Part shown: one piece after another, positions 51,738 to 60,683 of the stretch
Layout: every line of letters begins with the position of its first letter
Numbering within the stretch: position 1 is the stretch's first letter
Origin: an uncultured Gemmatimonadales bacterium
GTDB lineage: Bacteria > Gemmatimonadota > Gemmatimonadetes > Longimicrobiales > RSA9
Length of the DNA stretch: 64,000 nt
Assembly (NCBI GenBank): GCA_963708135.1
Contig: OY970192.1
Location: 416,001-480,000 of the forward strand
Reading direction: 5' to 3'
Notes under the pieces: model-generated
The model's input: the letters and a program-made list of their open reading frames with translations, nothing else
Database searches by the model: none
Told to the model about the DNA's origin: nothing
Made by a program: the position numbers and the translations under genes

Positions 51738-52538
51738 ATGATGAAGCAGGCATGGTGGGGCCGGACCGCCGCGGTGGCGGTGCTCGGCGCGGCGGTCGCG
51801 CTCGCGGGCTGCGATCAGGGCGCGACGGGGCCGCAGGGACCGGCGCAGGCGTCGCTGTCGTTCACGACTGGCACCGGCGGCGTGGCCGCGACGTCCGGCA
51901 TGGCCACGGCGGCCGACAGCGTGACCGTCGGTGACCACACACTCGTCATCGACTCCGTCCAGGTGGTGCTGGCGAAGATCGAGCTGGGCCGCGTCGAGGG
52001 CAGCGCCGCGTGCGACACGCTGGAGAGCGAGGATGCCTGCGAGGAGTTCCGCGCGGGTCCCGTGCTGGTCAACCTGCCGCTGGACAGCGGCGTGATCACG
52101 CCGTTCGAGACGGTGATCCCGGCCGGCACGTACGACCGCGTGAACATGAAGATCCACCGCCCCGAGGGCGACTCGGCGAGCTCGCAGTTCTCGTCCCTGA
52201 ACCCGGACTGGCCGCTGGACAAGAGCGTGCACATCATGGGCGAGTGGGATGGACAGCCGTTCGACCTCTACCTGGCCATGGAGGCCAACACCCAGGAGCG
52301 GCTGAGCCCGCCGCTCGAGGTGAGCGACACGACGTCGAGCGTCAACATCACGGTCTCCGTGGACGTGCACAGCTGGTTCATCGCCCGCGACGGCTCGCTC
52401 ATCGATCCGACCATGCTCACGCACGAGGGGAGCCTGATGGAGCAGGTCGAGCACAGCATCCGCTCCTCGTTCCGCGGCTTCGAGGACCACGACCGCAACG
52501 GCAAGGACGATCACGACGAGGGTCACGCACCCGACTGA
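51738..52538 (+). CDS. Hypothetical lipoprotein (DUF4382-like), His/Asp-rich C-terminus
   Basis: GGAGG RBS, lipobox LAGC, IPAGTYD.V. Confidence 0.8.
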   Translation: MMKQAWWGRTAAVAVLGAAVALAGCDQGATGPQGPAQASLSFTTGTGGVAATSGMATAADSVTVGDHTLVIDSVQVVLAKIELGRVEGSAACDTLESEDACEEFRAGPVLVNLPLDSGVITPFETVIPAGTYDRVNMKIHRPEGDSASSQFSSLNPDWPLDKSVHIMGEWDGQPFDLYLAMEANTQERLSPPLEVSDTTSSVNITVSVDVHSWFIARDGSLIDPTMLTHEGSLMEQVEHSIRSSFRGFEDHDRNGKDDHDEGHAPD

Positions 52539-52626
52539 GCCCGGCTGATACGATTCCCGCCCCTCGCCTGCCTCCGGAGGTCGGGAGGAGAGGGCGAGGG
52601 AGGCGCGGGACGCAAGCGGGGGAACG

Positions 52627-52666
52627 GCCGGCGGTCGCCGAGGTTCTGGCGGCCGCCGGTTGTTTT
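52627..52666 (+). terminator. Terminator candidate
   Basis: CCGGCGGTCGCC...GGCGGCCGCCGG followed by TTGTTTT. Confidence 0.65.
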
Positions 52667-52688
52667 CCCATCCGGCCCGGTGGCGCGC

Positions 52689-53552
52689 CGGCAGCGCTCC
52701 GGCGGGGGCGGCTCCCTGCGCGACCGCCTCCGCTCGCTACGCTCGCTTCGCAAAAGCAGGGTCGCTCCGGGAGCCGTCCCCGCCTGCGCTATCGGCCTGG
52801 CACGGCAGGGATTCGGCAGCGCTTCGGCAGCGCTTCGGCGGGGGCGGCTCCCTGCGCGACCGCCTCCGCTCGCTACGCTCGCGCTTCGGCAGCGCTTCGG
52901 CGGGGGCGGCTCCCTGCGCGACCGCCTCCGCTCGCTGCGCTCGCTTCGCAAAAGCAGGGTCGCTCCGGGAGCCGCCCCCGCCTGCGCTATCGGCACGGCA
53001 CGGCAGGGATTCGGCAGCGCTCCGGCGGCGCTCTGGCAGCGCTCCGGTGGCGCTTCGGCAGCGCTTCGGCGGGGGCGGCTCCCTGCGCGACCGCCTCCGC
53101 TCGCTGCGCTCGCTTCGCAAAAGCAGGGTCGCTCCGGGAGCCGTCCCCGCCTGCGCTATCGGCACGGCACGGCAGGGATTCGGCAGCGCTCCGGCGGCGC
53201 TCTGGCAGCGCTCCGGCAGCGCTTCGGCAGCGCTTCGGCGGGGGCGGCTCCCTGCGCGACCGCCTCCGCTCGCTGCGCTCGCTTCGCAAGAGCAGGGTCG
53301 CTCCGGGAGCCGTCCCCGCCTGCGCTATCGGCACGGCACGGCAGGGATTCGGCAGCGCTCCGGCGGCGCTCTGGCAGCGCTCCGGCAGCGCTTCGGCAGC
53401 GCTTCGGCGGGGGCGGCTCCCTGCGCGACCGCCTCCGCTCGCTGCGCTCGCTTCGCAAGAGCAGGGTCGCTCCGGGAGCCGCCCCCGCCTGCGCTATCGG
53501 CACGGCACGGCACGGCAGCGCTCCGGCAGCAGCTCCGGCGGGGGCGGCTCCC
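52689..53552. repeat. Tandem array of the 84-bp hairpin element, 169-bp period
   Basis: Full copies start at 52701, 52899, 53068, 53237, 53406; partial copies at 52838 and 53536; linkers built from CGGCAGCGCTY units. Confidence 0.95.
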
Positions 53553-53654
53553 TTGGTTGGTTCTGGACAGGCGGGGCTTCTCGGCCGATCTTGCTGGCCG
53601 GGATCGATCCCGGTCTCGGAACCCGAGCCGATCACGCCGGAGAAAGGGTCGCCG

Positions 53655-54473
53655 ATGCGCCGCGCGCTTGCGCCGTCGCCGTCCATGCTCGTGCCGCGGG
53701 CCCTGGCCTCCTTCCTCGGCCTGGGCCTGCTCCTGCTCGCGCCGGGCGCCGGCCGGGCGCAGGACGACACGGAGATCCAGGTCTACGGCGCCGCGCTGGT
53801 GCCGCCGCACACCACCATGTTCGAGCTGCACAGCAACTTCACGGTGGCGGGGCGGCGCGAGATCGTGGACGGGCTGTGGCCGAGCAACCACGCGGTGCAC
53901 GAGACGCTCGAGATCACGCACGGCTTCACGCCCTGGCTCGAGGTCGGCTTCTACACCTTCACCAGCGCGCGCGCAGGCGACGGAGTCCGCTGGGTCGGCA
54001 ACCACATCCGCCCCCGCGTCGCCATCCCGGAATCCTGGCACTGGCCCGTGGGCCTCAGCCTCTCGCAGGAGATCGGCTACGAGGTCCGCTCCTTCTCCGA
54101 GGACACCTGGACCTGGGAGATCCGCCCCATCATCGACAAGCGCTTCGGCCCGCTCTACGTCTCGCTCAACCCCGTGCTCGAGCGCGCCTTCAAGGGGCCG
54201 GGCACCGCCGACGGGCTGGCATACTCCCCCAACGCGGCCGTCAAGCTGGACGTGACGCCGAAGGTCACCGCCGGCGTCGAGTACTACGGCGGCCTCGGCT
54301 CCACCGCCGAGGGCTTCCTCCCCTACGCCGAGCAGGACCACCAGCTCTTCCCGACCATCGACCTCAACCTGTCCCCCGACTGGGAGTTCAACTTCGGCGT
54401 CGGCTGGTCGCTCACGGACACGACGGACCATACAGTCGTGAAGATGATCGTGGGGAGGCGGGCGGGATTCTGA
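53655..54473 (+). CDS. Conserved-looking outer-membrane beta-barrel-like protein
   Basis: Signal peptide, EIQVY...FELHSNF, WEFNFGVG, terminal F; start could be 53685. Confidence 0.75.
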   Translation: MRRALAPSPSMLVPRALASFLGLGLLLLAPGAGRAQDDTEIQVYGAALVPPHTTMFELHSNFTVAGRREIVDGLWPSNHAVHETLEITHGFTPWLEVGFYTFTSARAGDGVRWVGNHIRPRVAIPESWHWPVGLSLSQEIGYEVRSFSEDTWTWEIRPIIDKRFGPLYVSLNPVLERAFKGPGTADGLAYSPNAAVKLDVTPKVTAGVEYYGGLGSTAEGFLPYAEQDHQLFPTIDLNLSPDWEFNFGVGWSLTDTTDHTVVKMIVGRRAGF

Positions 54474-54560
54474 GGGGCGTCGGGGCGTCGGGGCGCCGGG
54501 GCGTCGGGGCGCCGGGGCGTCGGACCCGGGTATCGGACCCGGACCCGGGCCCGGACCCGG
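54474..54560. repeat. (GGGGCGYC)n and (GGACCC)n microsatellites at the island edge
   Basis: Read directly. Confidence 0.85.
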
Positions 54561-54581
54561 GTTGTTAGGGGGGCCCGCCCG

Positions 54582-55688
54582 TTACCCGAAATACGTAAGG
54601 CCATGCAGGAGCAGCAAGCGACACATGGCGTGCGTGATCCATCCGGGATAGAGCAGAGGCAAGGCCGCACCGAAGCGATTCCCGACGTACCAATCGAATC
54701 CCACCGGATTCTGGTGGCCCGGCACCGGCGTATTGCGGTAGACCACCATCCTCCTGGCACGCCAGTGCGCGGCCGGTCGCGCGGCCTGGCCGTCCATATC
54801 GAAGGCCATCTGCGTCATGGCCGGGACGTGGGCCCCACCCGTGTGGAAGCTCCGTTGCGCCCAGATGCCGTTGCTGAAGCTCGAGGTGAAGATCTTGTCG
54901 AATTCGAACCTGGTGCGCAGGGCGAGAGGATCGATCGAGTCGATCACCTGCGTGATCACCTCGGAGACCACCTCTCTCCAGTTCATCAGAAAGCTGCCCA
55001 GATTCGACTGTTGCGAGTTCTTGTAGAAAGGGATCACGAGGATCTGCTGCGCTCCCGAGTGGATGAGCTGCGTCCCCATGATCGACGTATAGTCATCCCA
55101 CAGCATGTGCCACTGCGTGAAGTCATCGTACGTCGCGTCCTGATACCCGCCCTGGTACGGTGAAGGCGTGAAGAAGATGTGGGGCGAGCCGCTCCCGCCG
55201 GCGGCGAGCCTCGGCGGCACGACCACCCCGAACCATTTGATGGAGCTCCCCGTGACCTTCACTAGCTTGCGGGTCAGCGCCGCCACGTGGATTCCCAGGG
55301 GCTGAAGCGCGTCCTTGCCGGGCACGCTCGCCGGTTCCACCACCGTCCACCCCTGCGCCTGCGAATCCCCGCTCTCCACCGTGGCGGTGATGCCGGACGT
55401 CGCACCCCCTCCGGAGGTCGCACCCCCTCCTCCCTGACCACACAGCGTAGCCAACGTCTTGCCCTTGGGATCCACGCGGTTGTCAGGCCATTGAAATCCA
55501 CAGGCAACCTTCTGGAACCTGCCGATGGCTCCGATCGTCTTGGACCATGCGAAGCCATCGACGGCGAGCTGGACGAGCGGACCGCCGCTCTCGGGAGGGA
55601 CGCCATTGAGGAGCTTCTGTACGAGCCTCACGTCCTCGCGGATGTTGACTCCGCCCTTGCCTACCGACGCACTGATCGAGCAGTCCAT
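54582..55688 (-). CDS. Peptidoglycan-binding domain protein with a putative alpha/beta-hydrolase-like C-domain
   Basis: ISASVG.GG.N...DV..VQ.LLN...VDG.....TI.AI..FQ......D.RVDP.G.T; GGAG RBS; visibly AT-richer than its neighbours. Confidence 0.75.
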   Translation of the reverse strand: MDCSISASVGKGGVNIREDVRLVQKLLNGVPPESGGPLVQLAVDGFAWSKTIGAIGRFQKVACGFQWPDNRVDPKGKTLATLCGQGGGGATSGGGATSGITATVESGDSQAQGWTVVEPASVPGKDALQPLGIHVAALTRKLVKVTGSSIKWFGVVVPPRLAAGGSGSPHIFFTPSPYQGGYQDATYDDFTQWHMLWDDYTSIMGTQLIHSGAQQILVIPFYKNSQQSNLGSFLMNWREVVSEVITQVIDSIDPLALRTRFEFDKIFTSSFSNGIWAQRSFHTGGAHVPAMTQMAFDMDGQAARPAAHWRARRMVVYRNTPVPGHQNPVGFDWYVGNRFGAALPLLYPGWITHAMCRLLLLHGLTYFG

Positions 55689-55888
55689 GGGATGCTCCCT
55701 CCATCAGCTCGGAGATCCATCGACATCCTCCTCCCGGCCAGCCGGGGGACGATCATACGGCGTAACCACAGGACAGCGCAGGGTTCCGCCGGGCGCGAGA
55801 AATATGGGTGCCAGGTGCGGCAGGACCGGCGCTTTGCATCGGATACCGAGCGTGATCAGGATCCGGACGTCGCGGGACCCTCCCTCTT

Positions 55889-56813
55889 TCGGAGGACGTG
55901 GTGAGCGTCGTCGCCTACGACGACCAGGTGCAGACCGTGGCGGCGCGCGTGTCGGGCGCCGGGCGTGAGGCGCTGCTCGAGCGCATCGCCGGGCTCGGTA
56001 CCGGCGGCACGACGAACCTGTCGGGTGGGTGGCTGCGCGGGCGGGAGCTGGTGGCCGAGGAGCTCGCGCAGGGCGGTGTGAACCGCGTGCTGCTCCTCAC
56101 CGCCGGCCTCGCCAACGTCGGGATCACGGATCCCGGCCAGCTGCGGGACCTCGTGGCCTGGGCTCATGGCGCTCGCGGCGCAGAACGTCGCCGTCACCGT
56201 CGGGCCCGCGGCCGCCGTCCAGCTCGCGGCCGTCCACCACCGCTACCCACGCCGCCCGCTGCCGGGCGGCGCCCTCCGCCTCGAGCTCGGCGACCTCTAC
56301 GCCCAGGGGCCCCGCTCCCTCCTCGTGGAGTTCCTCCTGTCAGGCGACGCCGGCGGCGCCGAGACCGACGTCGCGACCCTCACCCTCGAGGGCCACGTCC
56401 TGCTCCCCGGCGGCGGCGTGGAGAAGCGCACGGTCGCGCTTCCCATCCGCGTCGCCCCGGGCGAGGGGCCGGTGGCGCAGCCGGGGGTGCGGCGCGAGCT
56501 GCTGCTGCTCGAGGCGTCGCATGCGCGCGAGGCCGCCCTCGAGGAGCGGGGCCAGGGCCAGGTCGAGGACGCCGCCCGCACCCTCCGCCGCGCCGCCGAG
56601 CGCCTGGCGCCGTACGCCCCCGACGACGCCGAGATCCAGGACCAGGTCGACGACCTGCGCGACATGGCCGAGCGGCTGGAGGAGGAGCGCCTCACCGTCC
56701 AGGACGCCAAGTGGATGCACCAGCGGGCTACGGCCGCGCGCAGAGCAAGCTGGCCTCGTACGAGGCGGCTCGCGGCCGAGCGCCGGCGGAAGCGCGGGGC
56801 GGGGGGGGAGTGA
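55889..56813 (+). pseudogene. VWA-domain protein pseudogene
   Basis: 5'-truncated (EDVVSVVAYDD...TNLSGGW...RVLLLTAGLAN, MIDAS D to A), internal deletion with frameshift near 56160, probable frameshift near 56727. Confidence 0.8.
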
Positions 56814-56835
56814 GCCGGTGAATCCGGACCGGCGT

Positions 56836-57180
56836 TCAGTCCCAGCGCAGGAGCGTCCCGAGCTTCTGGAGGACCTCCGTCACCGCTTCCGCCGGCGCTC
56901 GCCCGGCCCGCTCCGCCTGGCGGGCGCGCCAGTCAAGGCTTTTCACCTGATCCGCGAGCACGACCCCCGTGACCCTGCCGCGGGGGAGCTCCACCTCGAA
57001 AGGGTAGCCCTTCACCTGGGTGGTGATCGGACAGAGCAGCGCGAGGCCGACTGGACCGTTGTAGGCCGCGGGGGACAGCACAAGCGCGGGCCGGCGCCCG
57101 CCCTGCTCGTGTCCCGCCTGAGGCGTGAATTGCATCCAGACCAGGTCTCCCCGGTCCGGGACGTAGCTGCCGCGCTTCAC
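56836..57180 (-). CDS. mazF: MazF/PemK endoribonuclease toxin
   Basis: YVPDRGDLVW..F.PQAGHEQGGRRPALVLSP..YN...CPIT..KGYPFEV...DQVKSLDWRAR. Confidence 0.96.
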   Translation of the reverse strand: MKRGSYVPDRGDLVWMQFTPQAGHEQGGRRPALVLSPAAYNGPVGLALLCPITTQVKGYPFEVELPRGRVTGVVLADQVKSLDWRARQAERAGRAPAEAVTEVLQKLGTLLRWD

Positions 57181-57419
57181 CAGGTCTCCGCGCCAACACC
57201 CGGACCGGTGTCGGTTTCCCCGTGCAGGTTCTCGGGCGTGATACCCGCCAGTAGCTCGTCCAGCGAGAAGGGAGACTCCGCCAGCGGCGTGATCACGAGA
57301 CGCCCCTCCTCGAGCGTGAGCTCCACCTCGGAGCCGTTGTCGAGAGCGGTCTCGCTGGCGAAGGATTTGGGGATCCGGAGCGCAAGGCTGTTGCCCCACC
57401 GCTGGACGCGCGTACGCAT
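57177..57419 (-). CDS. mazE: MazE/AbrB antitoxin
   Basis: VQRWGNSLALRIPK...LDELLAGITPENLHGE...VG.E.W; GTGA overlap with mazF. Confidence 0.96.
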   Translation of the reverse strand: MRTRVQRWGNSLALRIPKSFASETALDNGSEVELTLEEGRLVITPLAESPFSLDELLAGITPENLHGETDTGPGVGAETW

Positions 57420-57432
57420 GAAACGCCTCCTG

Positions 57433-57454
57433 ATGTATCTACATTGAAGATACC
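57433..57454. promoter_or_regulatory. mazEF autoregulatory operator palindrome
   Basis: GTATCT-N7-AGATAC overlapping ATGTA-TC-TACAT, immediately upstream of the AGGAGG RBS. Confidence 0.8.
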
Positions 57455-57804
57455 ACGAATCGGGCCGAGCGCAAGCATGCCCGAGGATACCGTCGCCGCG
57501 CAGGCGGCTGCCATAGCGGGATGCGGCAGCCCAATGCGCAGGCGCGCAGGTCCCGGGAGGCGCCGCGGACGCCGAACCCCTGTGCATGTGCATGTGCCTG
57601 TGCGGCGCTCGTTCCCGGTTCCCGTGATCCCGGGTGCGCCTCGCCCGCGCGACGTCCGCGACGAAGCCGCCGGGCCGCCCCCTCAAACATATCGTTGCGC
57701 GCGGCCCCACTATGTCCCATAATCCCATGCGTTGCACGCCACCCCCTCGCCGCGCACGTCGGTCCACAGTCGGATAGTCCTTTCCAGCGTTCCCAGACGG
57801 CGAC

Positions 57805-57948
57805 GTGGCCATCACGAAGACCCAGCGCTGGCTCGACCTCATCGCGTTCCTCGTGCAACGGCATTTCCCCGTGCCCGTGGACGACCTCATGGACGGCGTC
57901 CCCGCCTACCGCCAGAAATGGCGCGCGGGCGACGAGCGGGCGCAACGT
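57805..57948 (+). pseudogene. N-terminal fragment of a WYL/PafB-like wHTH regulator
   Basis: MAITKTQRWLDLIAFLV.RHFPVPVDDL...VPAY resembles PafB-type N-termini; runs into repeat DNA after ~48 codons. Confidence 0.65.
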
Positions 57949-57974
57949 GACAATGGACGGGCGCCGCCGCTGGA

Positions 57975-58115
57975 TTGGTCGATTCTGTACGGTATGCGTA
58001 TACGATGCAGCAGCGGCCGGCCAATGCAGGGGGCGCGTGTCACCTTGTGTTCGCATGGCGTATAGAATGCGGCAATGGGGCTCGCCGGGGCACCGGCTGG
58101 TCGATTGTGTTCGCC
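57975..58115. repeat. Degenerate direct repeat, left copy
   Basis: Gap-free anchors at offset +5043 with 63018-63158. Confidence 0.8.
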
Positions 58116-58248
58116 GGCCCGGCCGCGACGCCGGCGCCGGGCCCCGCCCCCGGCGCCCGGCCGCGACCGCGGGGCACGCCCGGCGGCAGCGGCGGCCTCG
58201 TCGCCTGACTGACATCCACCCTCCAACCATCGCTGGGATCGTGACCCC

Positions 58249-60324
58249 ATGAAGATCGGACGCAACGCGCCCTGCCCGTGCGGCTCGGGGCGAAAGTACA
58301 AGCACTGCTGCGAGGCAAAGGATCGGGCGGCCGAGCGCGAGGAGGCCGCGAGCGCCGGCGGCGGCCTCGGCGACGCGGCCTTCTCCCCCGCCATGCGGGA
58401 AGCCGCGCGGGCGGCCCCCGTCTGGGAAGCCGATGCCGTTCCGCTGCAGGCCGGGTTCGAGTCGGAGCCGACCGCCCGCCTCGTCGGCCTGCTGGTGCTG
58501 GCCGGCGGCCTGGTCGTTCACCACGACATGAACACCAGGCTGGGCGGTGAGCCGGACGACGTGGCGGAGGCGCTCGAGCGCGTGCTGGCCGGCGCGGCCA
58601 GGCGGGTGGGGCAGTGGCCGGCCGAGGTGCGGGTGCGCCACGGCGACGTCGCCGTCTCGCTGGGCACGCGCCTCGCGGACCGGCAGATCCAGGTCAACGT
58701 GGCCGAGGACCTGCCGGATCTTCGCGAGGCCGCGCTCTCCCTCATGGAGCACATCGCGGGCGCGGCCGCCTGGCCGCCGGTGTGCATGCCGGACTCGTGG
58801 GCCGGGTGGCGCCTGCCCAGGTCGCTGCTGGTGGAGCTCCTCGCCGCGGCGGAGCAGTTCTGGCGCGCCGCCCCCTGGCACGGCGCCGACAACCTCCAGG
58901 CCCCGCGCGTGCAGGCGCCGTCGGGGCGGGAGTGGACCGCGGCCGTGCTCGGGGCCGCCGAGGAGCAGTACGGGCTGGCCCTCTACTCGGACGAGAAGGA
59001 CCTCTTCCACGACGTCGCGGCCATGGATCCCGAGCAGCCGTTCGCCCACGTCCGCGGCCGCGTGCTGTCCCTCGCCTTCGAGCCGCCACGGGAGGCGCCT
59101 CCCGGGCTCGGTCGGGAGGTGCGCGCCCTCGGCTGGAGCGCACCGGGCGTGGTGCCGTGGCTGCTCACCATCAACACGCCGGGCGGCGGCATCTCGCGCC
59201 TGGACGCGCAGGACCTGACGGCCCTCCTGCGCTCCGTGCCCGCGTTCGTCGCCGCCCACGCGCGCGAGCTGGAGCGGGAGCGGCAGACGGCGAGGGCCGC
59301 CCGCATCGAATGGCATCACGCGGCCACGGCGACCAGCTTCCGCTATGACGGGCAGGCGGTCATGGAGCTCGGCCCCGAGTCCCGGGCCGGCCTCGGTCCC
59401 GACTCCCCGCGCGCCGTTTTCGAGGAGGTCCTCGCCGAAGTCGAGGCCGAGCTCGGCGCCGGCGCCGATGATGACCAGGTCCTCACCGCCCTGAACCAAC
59501 GGCTCGCGCGCAGGACCGGAGCGTACAACCAGCGCCCTCAGTCCGATCTCGGCGGCCTCTCTCCCGTCCAGGTCGGGCGCCTGCTCTACACCGAATGGGA
59601 CGCGGGCGATGGCGCGATCGCGCTGAACCGGGCGCTTCCTCCAGGCGACGTCTCCGACGCGAGCCTCGTCGCCCCCGTCCGCGCGCTGCTCGAGCTCGCC
59701 GCCCGCGAGGGCTCACTCCCGCTGACCGAAGCGGGCAACCTGCGTCTCGCCGTCGTGCGCGAGCTGCTCGAGCGCCTCGCCGGCCGCGGGGCGTTCGCGA
59801 TGCACCTCAAATTCGAGGGCACCCGCCTCCGCGAGGAGGACGTCTGGCCGCTGCACGTCGCGCGCGTCACGGCCGGCGTCGCAGGGCTCCTCCACAAGCG
59901 GAAGGGCGCCCTGAAGACGACCCGCCTGGGCGTGTCGCTGCTCCGCGATCACCGCGCCGGCGAGCTGTTCGCCCGCCTGTTCCGGGTGCGCTTCACGGAG
60001 CTGAACCTCGCCTTCGCCGATCGCCTCGGCGAGGAGTGGCCGGAGCTCCAGAGCCAGGCCGCGTTCACGATCTTCCGTTTCGGCGAGACTGCCGACACGT
60101 GGCGGTCGGCCGACTGGCTGCTCGAGCACGCCGTGCTGCCCTACGCCCTGGACGTGGCCCCGCGCTCCGACACACCGGGCGGCAGGCCAGCGAGCCTCCT
60201 CGCCCGCCGGATCCTCGACTCGCTCGTCGGCTTCGGCATGGCCGAGGCCGACGGTACGCGCCGGCCGGACGCCCGCTACAGGAAGACGGCGTTGTTCGAC
60301 CGCTTCCTGCGCTTCGACATCTGA
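58249..60324 (+). CDS. SEC-C zinc-motif protein of unknown function
   Basis: KIGRNAPCPCGSGRKYKHCC at the N-terminus; YNQRP..DLGGLSP.Q; LT.AGNL. Confidence 0.85.
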   Translation: MKIGRNAPCPCGSGRKYKHCCEAKDRAAEREEAASAGGGLGDAAFSPAMREAARAAPVWEADAVPLQAGFESEPTARLVGLLVLAGGLVVHHDMNTRLGGEPDDVAEALERVLAGAARRVGQWPAEVRVRHGDVAVSLGTRLADRQIQVNVAEDLPDLREAALSLMEHIAGAAAWPPVCMPDSWAGWRLPRSLLVELLAAAEQFWRAAPWHGADNLQAPRVQAPSGREWTAAVLGAAEEQYGLALYSDEKDLFHDVAAMDPEQPFAHVRGRVLSLAFEPPREAPPGLGREVRALGWSAPGVVPWLLTINTPGGGISRLDAQDLTALLRSVPAFVAAHARELERERQTARAARIEWHHAATATSFRYDGQAVMELGPESRAGLGPDSPRAVFEEVLAEVEAELGAGADDDQVLTALNQRLARRTGAYNQRPQSDLGGLSPVQVGRLLYTEWDAGDGAIALNRALPPGDVSDASLVAPVRALLELAAREGSLPLTEAGNLRLAVVRELLERLAGRGAFAMHLKFEGTRLREEDVWPLHVARVTAGVAGLLHKRKGALKTTRLGVSLLRDHRAGELFARLFRVRFTELNLAFADRLGEEWPELQSQAAFTIFRFGETADTWRSADWLLEHAVLPYALDVAPRSDTPGGRPASLLARRILDSLVGFGMAEADGTRRPDARYRKTALFDRFLRFDI

Positions 60325-60683
60325 GCCCCCGGACGACTCGCGCGACGCGCGAGTCGCCCCCCGGTACCGGAGCTGCCGCACATGCACACGCACACGGGTG
60401 AGCGGCAGGAGCGGCAACGAAAACCTTGCGCGCGCGCGCACGCGCGCGTAGATTGGCTTCAGCGTCGGACGATCCGGCGCGCGGGCGAGCAGTTAGGCCA
60501 CTTACTTGGCCCGGCCCGGCTCCCATGGGAGCGAACAGGGGACTAAAGGGTGGGAAGGGCCCGCGCGCCTTCCCAGGCCGCGGGCTTTCGTGCGCCCGGA
60601 GCCTTCGCTCGCCCGCCGTCGCCTGCCGCCCCCTGTCGGCCGATCCGCCCGATCTTCGACACGAGCCGTACGAGGAGGATCGG

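Noticed and set aside
52689..53552. CRISPR array
   Set aside because: The unit is 84 bp, linkers are near-identical rather than unique spacers, and no cas genes are in the window
54560..55860. Integron cassette
   Set aside because: No RYYYAAC...GTTRRRY attC structure and no integron integrase seen
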